A DNA stretch of 64,000 nt from Nemertoderma westbladi (GCA_032718475.1 JAUCBJ010001224.1:18102-82101), one strand, 5' to 3'; counted from the stretch's first letter, positions 1-13,153 are shown. Made by a program: numbers and translations. The notes: generated by a model not told the origin, from the letters alone.

Positions 1-1939
1 TATCTCGGAGAAGGATTTGAGATTACTGCGGGAACTTAGGGGGGATAAAGAACTCACTTTCGTTAGGGGAGATAAGACAGGCAACGTCATTGTTGTAGAC
101 AGGGAGCTGTTGGATTTAGAAATGAGGAGAAACGTTGGCGATCGTGAGATGTTCGAGAAGTTAGAAGGTGATCTGACTTCGAAATATCGAGATGAACTCT
201 ATCGGACGGTACATAGAATGGCGTTAGAAGATAAAGACTTAAGTTCATACCTGGTTCCGAAGAACCCAACTCAGGGTTATGTGTTCCCATTAGTTAAGGA
301 TCACAAACTGGTTTCTGAGTGGATCGACTGGGGATGGGGCAGGAAGTTCCCGAAGGTGAGAGCTATCGTATCGTCGAGAGGAACCCTAGCGGAGAGGGTC
401 GGGAAGTGGCTAAACTCGGTCCTTCAGCCTCTAATGCTGAGGATGTCCCCCTACATGCAGGATTCACATTCGGCAAGGGAGGCGGTCCCGAGCCGCCCGT
501 TGTCCACAGCAATGTTCATGTCCTTATTGGACGTCATGGACATGTACCCCTCTGTAGACCACGATGTCGCCGTTCGCGCGATCGAGGCGGTGATTGGGGA
601 GAATATTTATGGAGATTTTGGAGGACTCTGGGTTTACTTTGGGGCAGGTTATGCTTATATTAAAATTTGTGCTGACTCATGCATATTTTGGTTTTGAAGG
701 TGCTTTTTATGTTTTAGTAAAGGGTTTAGGGATGGGAGGCCCCTCGCCAAAGGTTCTGGCAGTCCTGGTGGTGGATCGTATCCACACCCACGTGGGTTTG
801 GTTGCCCAGTTCAGCGCCATTTATTTCAAAACGTTTGTGGACGATGGTGAGGCTATTTGGGATAGGGAGTTGGACGACTCTGTAAAGGAGGCGATCGTCG
901 AGCGTTATGGGGCGGCGTGTGAGGCCATATATGGTAAAGGAGGGATTTGTTTCACTTTCGAATTCTCGAACACCAGTTCAGTGTTCCTGGACATGGAGTT
1001 GGTGTTGAAGCCGGGTCGGGGAATAGTGAGTTCGGTTTATTTTAAACCGCTTACTAAAAGGTTGCCCATTCCTGGATCCAGTTTGCACGACCAAAGGGTT
1101 CTGCAGGGTGTGGTGAAGGGCCAGCTGACACGTTTTGCGAGGTTGACAAGGACAACCGGGGAGTATGAGAGTGCGAGGGACCGTTATTTAACGGATTGCT
1201 GGGTGTCCGGGTATTGTGAGGGGTTTTTTAATGAGGCCCGGGGTTGGGACCCGGAACGGTTACGGGACTAGCCCGGTGTCAACCTGGAGGGTCGGGTCAA
1301 GGCGGAGAAGGACAAGTTCTACTTTGGGGTAGACGGTAGGTTCGCGGAGGTCGTCAAGCCGGTCATGCAGCGGTATCGGCAGGTGTTGGGAGAGAGTGGG
1401 ATGGGAGTTGCGTGCAATCTTTACGCGGGTCGGAGTTTGGGTAATATGTTGGTTCAGAAGCGGCCGCCGGCTAAGGGGAGGGGAAGCAATAGATGCGGGT
1501 CCTGGTCGGGGTGCAAAACCTGCGACGCCATGTTTGACATGTCCCAAACCCCATGGGGTGAGAAGATTAAAGGTTTTTTCACGTGTATGTCCCACGGGGT
1601 ACTTTATCTGTTGACCTGCACCAACCACCCGGGGGCTATTATTTGGGCCAGACTGAGCAAACCATTAGGGATAGGATGATGGGTCACTGATCGGCCATGG
1701 GTAGGTATGTGAAGGAAGTGTATCCTGACCAAGAGAACATGGGGGAGTATGTGCTGTTGGATCATTTTGCCCAGTGCGGGTTAGGGTGTCTCAGGGTCTC
1801 GGGGTTTAGGAGCTACAGGTCGGACGAGGATCGGATCCACGCCAAGGCGAACTATATTTTCAAGTTTAGGCCCCCATGGAACAGAATGGTCCCGGCGGTT
1901 TGACACAGTCGGGGTTATAGTTTGGTGTTTGGGCGTGTT

Positions 1940-2670
1940 TTGTGCCATTAATACTGCCCTGTGCCTTTTGTACCGTAAATACAGATTTAGTTTCAGTTGA
2001 ATTTGCCTTAATTTTGCTTTAGTATCATTTACCTGTTGGTTCTTTGTTTTTACGATACACGCCAGACCGGCGGGATGGGTTCTGCCATTAATACTGCTCA
2101 GTGCCATTTGTACTGTACATAGTAGCGCACGGCCCCGTCTACTCGCGGCCCGTATTAATTTTCAGGATATTACGGTTTTGTACGGACATTCCGCATACGT
2201 CAGGGTTTACATACTGTAGTTGTACCCCGCATACGCCAGGCTCTATGCCATAAATTCTGCTCTGTGCCTTTTGTACTGTAGATAGTAGCGCACGGCCCTG
2301 CCTAATCACGTCGCGGTGCTGGATTGATTGTTTAGGTTTGTAGATTTGGTTTCAGTTTCATTTGCCTGTGTCTTTTTACGCTACACGTTTGTGCACGGAT
2401 ATTTCGCATACGTCAGGTATTTCGTACTTTTGTTGTCATCTCGCATACATAAGGCTCTCTGTTGTTAATACTGCTCTATGCCATTTGTACTGTAAATAGT
2501 AACGCACGGCCCTGCCTAACCACATATCGGTGCTAGATTGATTGATTAGTTTCTATGACTAAGAGTTCAGTTGTTTATTTATGTTGTTAGCTCTACGGAC
2601 CGTGGCTGCACGGTCCTTTTAACCACATATCAACCGTAGGCGGAGTGTTGTTATTTGTACTGTACATATA
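1940..2670 (+). repeat. Degenerate tandem repeats (about 140-220 bp spacing) in the PLE 3' region
   Basis: Variants of TAATACTGCTCTGTGCCATTTGTACTGTA recur near 1945, 2085, 2250 and 2465; the last three continue into TAG(C/A)GCACGGCCC-like sequence. Confidence 0.75.
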
Positions 2671-2752
2671 CATCGTTTTGTGAGTGACAAGTAGTCTATT
2701 TCAGTATTTGTTAGTGTTTTCTATTTTGCGTAACTGTAGTGCAGTATTTTTT

Positions 2753-2789
2753 GTGCTGATGATGCCCCAAAGGGGAGAAATTAATCCAC
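2753..2789 (+). ncRNA. Minimal type I hammerhead ribozyme (PLE-associated)
   Basis: GTG-CTGATGA-TG-CCCC-AAA-GGGG-A-GAAA-TTAA-TC-CAC: conserved CUGAUGA, GAAA and UC core; stem II CCCC/GGGG; stem I GTG/CAC; palindromic ATTAAT in place of stem III. Confidence 0.75.
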
Positions 2790-3929
2790 TGTTTATATGA
2801 TTATATTGAAGTGTTCATTGGGCGATGAAACTCCTTGACGTTTTAATAATTATCATGATGTATACAAACGCCCTAAAGTCGGCATGTCACTTTACAAACT
2901 TATTTGAAAGGTCGTCGACTCTGGGAAATCGAAACACCAGAGTCAGTTGGAGTTTATGACTCGCCAACTTGAAATACATTGTTCAAAGACATTCTCAACA
3001 AAGGTTTATTATATCGACGCAATCCAAGGCTATCTAGTAACTCTATCTGGCCCGGGTCATTTTACAACTTAATTGGCCCAGTAGGGTCATTCTAGAAATT
3101 TTTTAGATCTTGGCTCAAAAATTACAATTTCGATGGTATAAGGGTTTTCGAGGTCGCTGATCACGATATAACTTGTTAAAAATATATTCCGGCAATGCAA
3201 CCATCATTTATGGTGCTATTTTGGTCCCCCAAGACAAAAAGTACAATAAGTTGCAAAAAATTTCAAACGTCAAATATCAATTTTGGTTGGATAATACGAT
3301 ATTTTTGAGTGTCATAAAGCCCCTAATGTCTAAAAATCAGGTTGATTTGGTGATAATTTTTAAATAAGAAATTTGCGCTACTTTCTATTTTTCGTGCCGC
3401 ACACTGACACATTTCCAAATTTGCCATAATCAACAATGTACGATATATTTCAATGTCATATTCGTGATTAGCATCCCAAAAAACCCATATGATCATAAAT
3501 TCAATTTGATTTTGTGGTGATTCTTCATTATCACATTTGCACTACTTTTTTTATTTCGTGCCTCAGAGGGCACATTCAAAATTACCATTTCAAAAGCAAA
3601 GTCACTTAATCAATTTAATTAAGGGGTGGGGGGGGGGGGGGGGGGTTATACAGTACCCCCCCTGAACATTTTTTGAAATGGCTGCCAATTAGTGTTAAAT
3701 GAAAATATTGATATTAGTCATGGACTTCATGGTCAACCACTGTATGGAAGGCCAAATAGCTTTATTGTAAAATTTGAAAATTTATAGCCTCTCCCTAGCG
3801 GCTGGAGGCGGAATTAAAGATTTCACTAAAATTGCCACTAGTCCCTCAATTGTGGTCCAAATTTCTTGAGACCAACTTTTTTGGACTCAGCGTGATCGAC
3901 TCTACAAAAGTTACCTTATAGAATTTTAA

Positions 3930-5700
3930 TTAGCCACTTTTATTTTAATTAATTAATTAAATTAATTAATTATTATATTTTTAAAGGGGAGATGGAACCC
4001 TTAGATTTTCCCATACAAACGCCTTTTTAACAAATGCCCCGTTTTCTCCAGAACTACCAGGTCGATTTTTATGAAATTTGGTATGCTATTAAAGTAGCCA
4101 CTCCGCCAGACCTGGAACCTAAAAAAATTCGAAATTTTCGAATTTTTTGTATTATTTTTCATATTTTTGAAAAAAAGGTCAAAAATTTGGGATTTGGTCT
4201 TAAAATACAAAGAATGATGATGAGTTAACTATGATATTAGAGGTTCCAGTTATGCGCCACACCGCCATGGATCATGTGTCAAAATTTCAAGAAATTTCAT
4301 CGAGCCGTTCTCGAGATAATGGGGCATTTGTAACCAAAATAACATGAAAAATTGAAGTAGGAGAAAAATGCATTCAAAGTTTTCAAACCTTCCCGCCAAT
4401 TTTTATAAATGGGAGAATTTTCAAGCATACCATTATTGTCAAATTTTGAAAGGACATTTTTTCTAACAAAAATGAAAACTTTCGCTATGGGCTTTTCCTG
4501 TTCCGTGATTTCATTTCCGATGTCAGTTTTCACGATTGACGGATTCTAGTCTGTCTGTCCGTCTGTCTGTCTTTTGGTTTGTCCGTCAAAATGTAAAAAA
4601 GCATACAACACTCAAATAAAATTTTCTTATGGGGTTTTCCTGGTCTGTGACTCCATTTCCAATGTCAGTTTTCACTATTGACGGATTCTACTATGTCTGT
4701 CCGTCCATTCTGTCTGTCTTTTGGTCTGTCCGTCAAAATTTAAAAAGGCACACAACAACTAAATAAAATTTTGTTATGGGGTTATTCTGGTCTGTGATTT
4801 CATTTCCAATGTCAGTTTTCACTATTGATGGATTCTAGTATGTCTCTCCGTCAATTCTGTCTGTCTTTTGGTGTGTCCGTCAAATTTAAATAACGGACAG
4901 ACCAAATGACAGACAGACGGACAGACAGGACGAATAATCCGTAAATCCTAGAAACTGATACCAGAATCGAAATCACAGACCAAAAAAACCCCATAGCAAA
5001 ATTTTTAGTTAGGCCTGGTGTATTTTTTTATATTTTGACAGACAGACTAAAAAGACCGACAGACGGACAGATAGGACTAGACTCCATAAATTGTAGAAAC
5101 TGATACCAGAAACGATATCACAGACCAGAAAAACCCCATAGCAATATCTTTAGTAAGGTCTGGTGTAGTTTTTTAGATTTTGACAGACAGACTAAAAAGA
5201 CCGACAGACGGACAGATAGGACTAGACTCCATAAATTGTAGAAACTGATACCAGAAACGATATCACAGACCAAAAAAAAACCCATAGCAATATCTTTAGT
5301 TAGGTCTGGTGTATTTTTTTATATTTTGACAGACAGACTAAAAAGACCGACAGACTGACAGACCGACAAACGGACAGATAGGACTAGTCTCAGTAAATTT
5401 TAGAAACTGATACCATAAATGAAATCTCAGACCAGGAAAACCCCATAGCCAAAAGTTTCAGCTAAATGTAGTGAGATATTTTACACTGTATTTTCACAAT
5501 CAGACAAAAAACAGACTAACCGACAAACAGACAGAGTTTCAAGCGGTTTGGGCTCATGATATGGTTTTAAAGTGTCAATATCCATAATCTACGGAAAATT
5601 GTGATCTTAAACAACTAAAAAAAAAATCTCAAAAATTTTATTTTTTTGAAAATTTTAAGGGTTCCATCTCCCCTTAATTAAAATTGGCTAATTAGAAAAA
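3930..5700. mobile_element. Foldback-like non-autonomous element with inverted arrays of ~145-bp GTCT/GTCC-rich units
   Basis: Three units at 4485-4880 face four reverse-complement units at 4890-5460, centred near 4886. Outer inverted repeat AAGGGGAGATGGAACCCTTA (~3984) pairs with TAAGGGTTCCATCTCCCCTT (~5656). Confidence 0.7.
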
Positions 5701-7206
5701 ATTGTAATATTTATCAAAAAAGAGCTTCCAAAGCTCGTTTGATTGAGCCAAAAATGAAGAAAATCGGTTGAATAATGACGGAGGAGGAGTAATTTGAAAA
5801 TGAAAAATGTCATTCCGAGAAAATGCCCTTCAAAGTTTAAACCTTCCCGCCAAAATTGGCTGTCTGTGTTCTGGTTGGTTAATTATTTCTGTCACGAAGT
5901 TGTCACCAACGTGCTAAAATGTTAATTACTGGGGTTTTCGGGGTCGCTGGTTTCATTTCTGATGTCAGTTTAAATTTGTTGTGGAATCTAGTCTATCTGT
6001 CTGTCTGTCGGTCTTCTGTCTTTCTTACAATTTGACGGACAGACCGTCATACGGAAAAACAGTGATAACTCGAGAACTGAAAGATGTCTCACTAAGCGGT
6101 TGTCAGATTTGTAATAACATTTTTTTTATTTTAAACAAATAATAAAATAATACAACGCCACCTGATAACGACAGGACTTCAAAAGGACAACCAGGAGTAA
6201 TAGGAGTTGCCTAGCAACTTGTTATTAATAAAGCAAAAAATAGCTCCATAATCAGAAAAGAGCAATTATTGCGCATTGCAGAAATAGGTCATATGTTTGC
6301 ATGAAATTTAATGTGTTCCGCACCATATATTTTTATAGACTTTTTTGGGTAATACATGGGGGGGGGGGGGGGGGGGGGTACTGGCTTTCAAATTTTTTTT
6401 TTCCAAATTTTTTTTTTTCATCTAGAGCAGATTTTGATCAAGATTCCAAATATGAAAACCGTTTAGCAAGATCTCTCTTACTTCACGAGATATGTCTGTA
6501 TGTCCGTTTTACTGTAGGTCTGTCTGTCAGTATGTCTCCAAAACAATGGAATTCATACTCTCTGTCTAAAAAATTTCCTATATGGGTTTTCTTGGTCCGA
6601 TATTTCTGATATCAGTATTCAAATTTGGCGTCGTCATCAATTGAGAGAAAAGTAGAAGTACTGTAGCTCAAATTATATAACCAACCATCAGGTTCATCTG
6701 AAATTTGGTATAAGAGTGTCCTATGAGCATTGCTTGAATATAGCAAGTCGGCAAACTAAACTAACGAAGTAGTAGAGCAAACAGAAAAAAGTACTTGGGA
6801 ACTCGGCATTTATATATTGTAAATATCCTTCTTTAGTAACGTAAATGTTCACCTGCACCAACATTTACTACTACTAACCAAAAACCATATACCTAATCCA
6901 TTATACAACAATAATAACAAACAGTAATACCAGTAATATTGTTTATAGCAGGTAGTTGTCGTAATCCAATTGGCTCTTGGAATTCAATCTGCAAAACAAA
7001 CAATAGAAATGTTAAGTAATAATTTAATATCATTAAAACTTACCATTAAGACTGTTTACTCAGTTGCTTAAAAATTAATTGAAATACAATGAAATATTAA
7101 AGTTAGATGCCAATGCTACACTATTGAAATGATTAGAAAACCGTTACTGGTTACAGCTTACTGGCTTTTCTAGTTTAGTAATTTTTATAGAACTTACAGT
7201 TAAAAA

Positions 7207-7781
7207 TCACTGACGAATCCCAGCATACATTTCAATACGAGTAGCATGAGCTGCTGCTGGTATCCAGTGATCAAAGAGTCGTTCAAACCAAAGTATTGAA
7301 GAATAATCTCCATTCAAGTTGCTGAGCGGGCAATGGGCACCGGGCGTGTCTTCAAACCACCACCCTCCTGAAAGATCTACTGAAATGCAGTTGGTATGGG
7401 GATGGGAACCGTTGTGGCGGTCTTTAGTGAAGAATGGCGCACCGATGTTGTCAGATAATGCATCCTCCATAGTGCCATGGTAACCTTCTAGATATAGGCG
7501 ATAACCAGTTTCAGGTGGTCCGAGACCGAACATACTGTATTCGACGTATCGGTATACGTTGGAGAAATATTGAAATACTCCCGAGGTTTCATTTTTTGCA
7601 TGTCCTGAGAACCACATATTTATTCTCAACTTAACACAATCATTTATGCAAAGGAATTTGAGCGAATTGAGACCAATCCAGAAATTTGTACGAATATCTC
7701 CAAATCCCTTAACATATTCGTTCCAGTTACGATCGAATCCAATAGTTCCATCTACCCTCTGTTGAATCTTAACCATCCTTT
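7207..7781 (-). CDS. Fibrinogen-related domain (FReD) protein, exon 2; 1-nt frameshift near the exon start or an alternative acceptor
   Basis: Motifs IQQRVDG..FDRNWNEYVKGFG, FWIGL, YRLYLEGYHG, FFTKDR, NC...GGWWF, CPLSNLNG. Acceptor ...CTGACCCTAAAACCACATACAG precedes 7781. Confidence 0.85.
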
Positions 7782-8259
7782 CTGTATGTGGTTTTAGGGT
7801 CAGACCATTTAAGACCCGCCCCACGTTAAACGTTAGCAACACTCCCTGATAAGCTTTCAACGCAGCCTTTGCCTGTATTTGTATAAAAAAATATTCTTTA
7901 TTGTTATTTTTTTCACTCGAATACCCCTAATTCGGGAGAAAGTGAAAGAAAGTTGAAAAGACAGTGTAAAATAAAATTTGACAGAGGATCGAAGTAGAAA
8001 CGATTTGCGTGTAATGTGAACCAACAGACATACACACAAGATCCGTCATACAAACACTCCATTCAGAACCAATTCCCCATAACACCCAATTCAATATCTG
8101 AGTGTACTGTACATACAGTATGGGATTCCTTTAACCAATAAATTAGCTGGAATATCTTTCATAGGGATATATCGAAATGCCCCAGTATAGGCAACATACC
8201 ACGAATCGTGTCAACTATATTTTTGATAAAGGTGTCCAAAATATTGGTATTATTTAACC

Positions 8260-8900
8260 CATAAAGTAAAACCTTTTATTGACGACCTTGTTATTTATGG
8301 AACATCAATCGAGGATGTCCAAAAGGGTCTTCATAAATTAGCCCAAATACTGTAAAGATGATGACCGAACAGTAAATATCACTAAAACAAAAGCTGTAAA
8401 ATTTCGTGGGGGGGGGGGGGGGGGGGGGGTGTTGATTGGCCAACAAAGATGTAATGTTATAATTGATCGAAACTTGAATTCGATAGTTCTTTCAATTATC
8501 TTGGTATCATCCTATCTACAAAAAATGGACCTGGTGGTACACACTCCTATAAAAAGGGTTTGGTATGCTCCATATTGATGGCTTCGAAAATAAACATGTC
8601 GATATCATCACTAGATTCGGCTAAACGTCTGGCTATCTGTAGTGTACCCTTCTGTCGCCTACGGATGCGATATTTTCATCCCCAGTGAAGAAATTGCTGT
8701 TCTAGAACATGTCCAACGTGTCCGAGCCTTCTATTTTAAACTATGGTTTGGAGTCAGCAAGTACTCTTCGTCAACTGCAATAGTAAATATTATTGACATC
8801 TCAAGTGATCCCGATTGCGATATCCGCCTAGATGGTCTTACATGATTCCGCCACCTTGCTGGTGCACTACTAGTTTCGAATGTGTAATCGATTTTTCGCG
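8260..8900 (+). mobile_element. Degenerate LINE RT fragment inside the FReD intron
   Basis: Broken frames read ..DDLVIYGTSIEDVQKGLHKL, VNITKTKAVKFR and FNYLGIIL (RT domains 5-7), then YPSVAYGCDIF. Confidence 0.7.
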
Positions 8901-10244
8901 CCTCTGTAGGCAAGCATACAATGCCGATATGCCGACATTCCCTTCTACCTTATTGCATCAAACCCAGTTGTTAAAAAGGGAATATTTTGTAACTAATAAA
9001 ACTATATGAATTAACACCGGCAGTAACCGGTTATTGGTCAGTCTAACAAACCTATATTAATCATATTTACATGTGTACAACGCAAAGGGTGTAATTAGGG
9101 GTCAACTTCATATTGACCCCACACCGGGTTTTTAAAGGGCCACATTTGGATGGAAAATTCAGTCACAACCAGCCTTGTAGATGGCCGCCTCAGCCGCTAA
9201 TATTGGCTCTGCTCTTCGGTATCGGACGTATACTTTGATCCATTGCCACAGTTCCCCTGGCGCCGGGGTGCGTGGTGTTTGGGCTCGCAGGTAAGGCTCC
9301 CACTGAGGACTGAGCTTTCGCAAAACAGCCCCAGAGCGCTAGCGCACTCTGTCCACTGGCTGCTTGCTTCGTCACAGGATCGACCATTCAGATTAGAGGG
9401 CAAAGTAGCAACGTTCTCCGTAGGCTTTGTCTCTGTCAGTTACGGTGGTGCTTGTGCACTCTGTCCGCTGGCTATACGGTTCGTCCCAGGCTCGCCAGGA
9501 CCGACGGTATAGTTTTGAGGGCAAAGTAACAACTAACCATTTCCGTGTAATCGGTCCCACCCCTGTTTGGATTCTGATGGTAACGTGGTGTTCTGCACTA
9601 TCACCAAGTTCCAATAGCGTGAAGCTCCATCAAGTTTGTTACGTCTTTTTACTACAACATAGACCTTTTCAAGATTTTGTATTATATTTTTTCAGAGTAT
9701 TTTTAGCATAACGAAACTACTAAAAATACTGTATTTTCTGTATATTTTCGAGAAATATTTTTCAATTATATTATTTTTGAGGCTATGCTTTGTATCCCTA
9801 CAGACCCAAAGCACCCCTCACCCTGTTTCTTCTTTTCCTATCCCAGAGGTTTTTCTATGGTGTTACAGTACACTATTTTTATATGCCAGAAGGGAGCAAT
9901 ATACCATCTTGGAAAGAACATAGGCTAAGCGAGATACGTCATTAATTTAGGTTTTTGCCCATAAATACCGATCTAAACCATTGTTGTTTTTTTTTTGAAG
10001 TAGTTGGTTGAGTAGTCATTCAGAAAAATTCTCTCAAAAATCTCGTCGTGGGGAATTTTTTTTACAGACACTTAAACATAGCAACGGAGACCTTTTGCAT
10101 AACTACGTCTATCATGTAATAGCTGTCGCTTCGAAATTATAGCTGATCAGTGTATCAGATGTAACTAATTTACTGGTGAATAATAATTTTTTTTCGACCA
10201 TAGCAACCAGGTCAAAAATGACTTCAAAGTTAGCAACTTTTACA

Positions 10245-10500
10245 ATGTGCATAGCAACACATACACATACCTGGACAACATCGATTTCTCCATGCCCGAA
10301 CTGGACGTCCCGAAAGTATCTCTCATATCCGGCATGGACTGCCTGACGGCCCACGGGAGACGGGCGGTGTTCGGAGAGGATGGGGGGCGAGGCCCGATGG
10401 CGATTCTCACGCCATTTGGATGGACACTCAGCGGCCCAATCAAGTCTAGAATTCCGTTCAGCATGTCGGAATCCTCAGGGTGCATGTTCGCGGGCACAAT
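10245..10500 (+). mobile_element. BEL/Pao post-protease fragment
   Basis: YLDNIDF...VSLISGMD....H...GPMAILTPFGWTLSGP resembles the BEL/Pao LLIGxD...TPLGWxLSG region. Confidence 0.6.
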
Positions 10501-11259
10501 GAGAGGAATGGAAGATGAAAGAGCAGAGGAGAAACCAAAGACGGGCGATAGGGGGTCCCATATGGGAAACGGCCCGAGGGAGATCACCAGGAGTCGGGGA
10601 TGGGTATGGATCAGGAACCACGCATTGTGGAGCGTGGTAAAAGGGTGGAGGACAGAGAAATACCGCCGAGAGATGAGTCAGGAGGAGAAACAACAGCAAG
10701 AGAGTGGGAGGAGGAAAATGGGTTCGATGCAGAGGACCTAGAGGCGATGGGATGGGACATTGATGTTCCTGGTGAGTATCGGTATGGGGACGGGGAAGAG
10801 TGGACGGTGAGATATCCGGAGAGGTGTCTGGAACAGACGCCGGTCCAGTTGAGAAGCATGGAGATGGGGAGATGGGGAGGAGGTCGAGTAGGAGGACAGA
10901 GTGGAAGGGGAGAGGGCGTAAGAAGATTAGACCAAGGGCGGAGAAGCCCATGATTAATCGTGACAAAGGAGGCAGGAAAGTTGGAGAGGGCGTGTTGTAC
11001 ACGCACACGGGGCTGGCAAAGTGCGAGGGGGCATTGAATGGTAGACCATTATGCGTACCGAAGAATGACCGAGGGTCATCGGGGGCTTTAACGCCGGCAC
11101 ACATATTGAGGGGGAGGCCAGCAAAGTTGGCATATACCAGTGAAGATGACAAGAAGGGCGGCATTCTACCGCTAAGTGAGGACGAGATGAAGGGTGGCAT
11201 TTTGCCACTAGGGGACGACGATGAGGAGTTCTGTGGGGCGGAGGAGAGACCCGATTTTA

Positions 11260-11380
11260 GGATGGAGGAGAAGGGAAGGTCAGATCCAAGAGAGTTGGAA
11301 CTGATGGAGGAGAAGGGAAGGTCAGATCCAAGAGAGTTGGAACTGACAGGAAGTTCAGATCCAAGAGAGTTGGAACTGAC
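11260..11380. repeat. Short tandem repeat (42/33-bp units)
   Basis: TCAGATCCAAGAGAGTTGGAACTGA occurs three times. Confidence 0.85.
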
Positions 11381-13153
11381 AAGTAGAGTGGGACGAAGAG
11401 TAAGAGGACCTATAGGGGGGCAGTGGGAGAGTTGCCTGCTGCAAGAATCACCCCTTGGTTGTTGAGTCGTCCAATAAGTTGGACTGAGGGGAGTGGGAAT
11501 GAGGGCGATACACCCTTCCCACAGATAAATAATATAAAATAATATATAAAAAAAATAATATGAGTAGGTACAATTACGTATGTCTGATGGGTATATAATG
11601 TACAAATACATATGTAGTAACATATGGTACAACCTACCAATGTACAGTAATTTATGCACGCTGGGTCAATGGGACCAAATACCGAATCAACGGGAATAAT
11701 GACTAGAATAGTAGGACGAGACTTTAGACGGATCTCACTGACATGATGTACACATGCGTGGGACCCAATGAGAGTGAGGAGAGTGGCAGCGGGGAAGTAT
11801 GGGAAGGAGGTGTTGACATGTGAGGGAATGAAGGAGTGCAATTCAAGAGTGGGGAGCGAGCACGGAGGAGAACGAGTCCAAAGGGACTGGTGAGATAGGA
11901 AGGGACAGTGAGGTCCGTGAGGAAGATTAGAGGAAGGTTAGAGGAAAATTGTGTGGAGAGTGAGCACAATGGACCCAAACAGAGACACCAGATACCTTGG
12001 TGCAACATAGCTCACGATTGCACCAAGTATGGGTAGTAACAACAGACCCATGAGGGCGGTCTGGAAAGCCGGCCCCGAAAAGAGAACTCCACCCCACACC
12101 CAATATTAGATTGGGTTCCAGCGGAATTGAAGCGCACTTGAGGTTGATGCTATCTTCTCACCGGGAAGATAGCATGGGGGGGGAGTGTAAGCGGATTCAA
12201 TCCCCTTATATTACCCACCCGAAAATGGGACCAGTGGCATTTTACCAATATAGTTGGCGATACGAGATTACCAATAATAATCTCGCCTCATAACCATCTC
12301 GGGGGGCGACATGCGCCCCAAGCCACAGAGAAAGGTGAGAGGTCAAACCACCTCAGAGGGAGAACCCAGCTAGTCGAGGCTAGCAGCAGGGGGTATCACC
12401 TACAGGGAGTGCCAAAGTGACAATTAGTATATAAGCCAATAAAGGGTAGGGGAGCACGTGGGGAAAGATAGGAAATCATCCATTGGGTAGCAAAGGCCAA
12501 AGTAGAGTAGAGGTGAAACCAATATGTATGTGTATCAATCATATAGTTATCCTAATTAATCACACAGTTAGGGACCGGCAATAGTTTAGACTGTCATTTC
12601 ATATACTGGTGTCATCATTCTGTATTACAATTTCTACGATTATTTGTTTTACATACTGTGCTATTATCATTGGAACATTAACAACGAGAAACACAAACGT
12701 TATTTTCCCGACGGCCTTCGGCCATTGATACTAGTTCAGCAGCCCAGCAGCGAAGTGACGCTTACAACCTAACCCGGACGGGATCATTGAACTCAATCCC
12801 GTCATATAAAACGTAGTATTAAATTGCACAACAAATTATATAAATTAGAACCTGAATACAAACTATCATTTAGACTTTGGTTATGACTGCTGGTTCGAGT
12901 GAAATACAATAACTCTCAGGGGCGTTGAGTCGAATCTGGATTTAAATAAACCCTCCTGTTGAGTTGAGTAAGTTATCGAATCAATTAATGTTTTATTCTG
13001 AGCTCGGAGTTGGGCTACAGAGGGTAGAGTGGTCAGTTTAAGCCTACATACTTAGTTCTAATTGTAGTTACACATTGTTCTCTAAAAATGGGCTCTAAAA
13101 ACATTGTTACACAATAATATTGTATGACAAATTCGCTTTAAGAATGAACGTAC

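Larger units (their letters stand above)
1..2850 (+). mobile_element. Penelope-like retroelement (RT + GIY-YIG endonuclease), frameshifted, 5' end outside the window
   Basis: ORFs 17-697 and 594-1271 carry PLE RT motifs (DK.GNVIVVD, LVKDHK, VRAIVS, DVMDMYPSV, GLGMG, FVDDG, FLDM, VYFKP). 1365-1903 has a Cys-rich linker (CGSWSGCKTC) and a GIY-YIG-like VLYLLTC..., continuing YLGQTEQTIRDRMMGH after a frameshift near 1640. Confidence 0.9.

Noticed and set aside
2870-3040. Transposase-like peptide fragment (QLEFMTRQLE)
   Set aside because: Too short and contains a stop; the family cannot be supported.
3622-3645. Poly-G/C tracts (also near 6358, 8407, 14500, 36725, 48155) as functional G-quadruplexes
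   Set aside because: Homopolymers within TE ends or remnants; lengths are unreliable and there is no independent evidence.
7782-7860. ORF-track N-terminus of the FReD protein (MKAYQG...)
   Set aside because: Non-ATG start and no signal peptide; it lies upstream of a splice acceptor, so it is probably intron.
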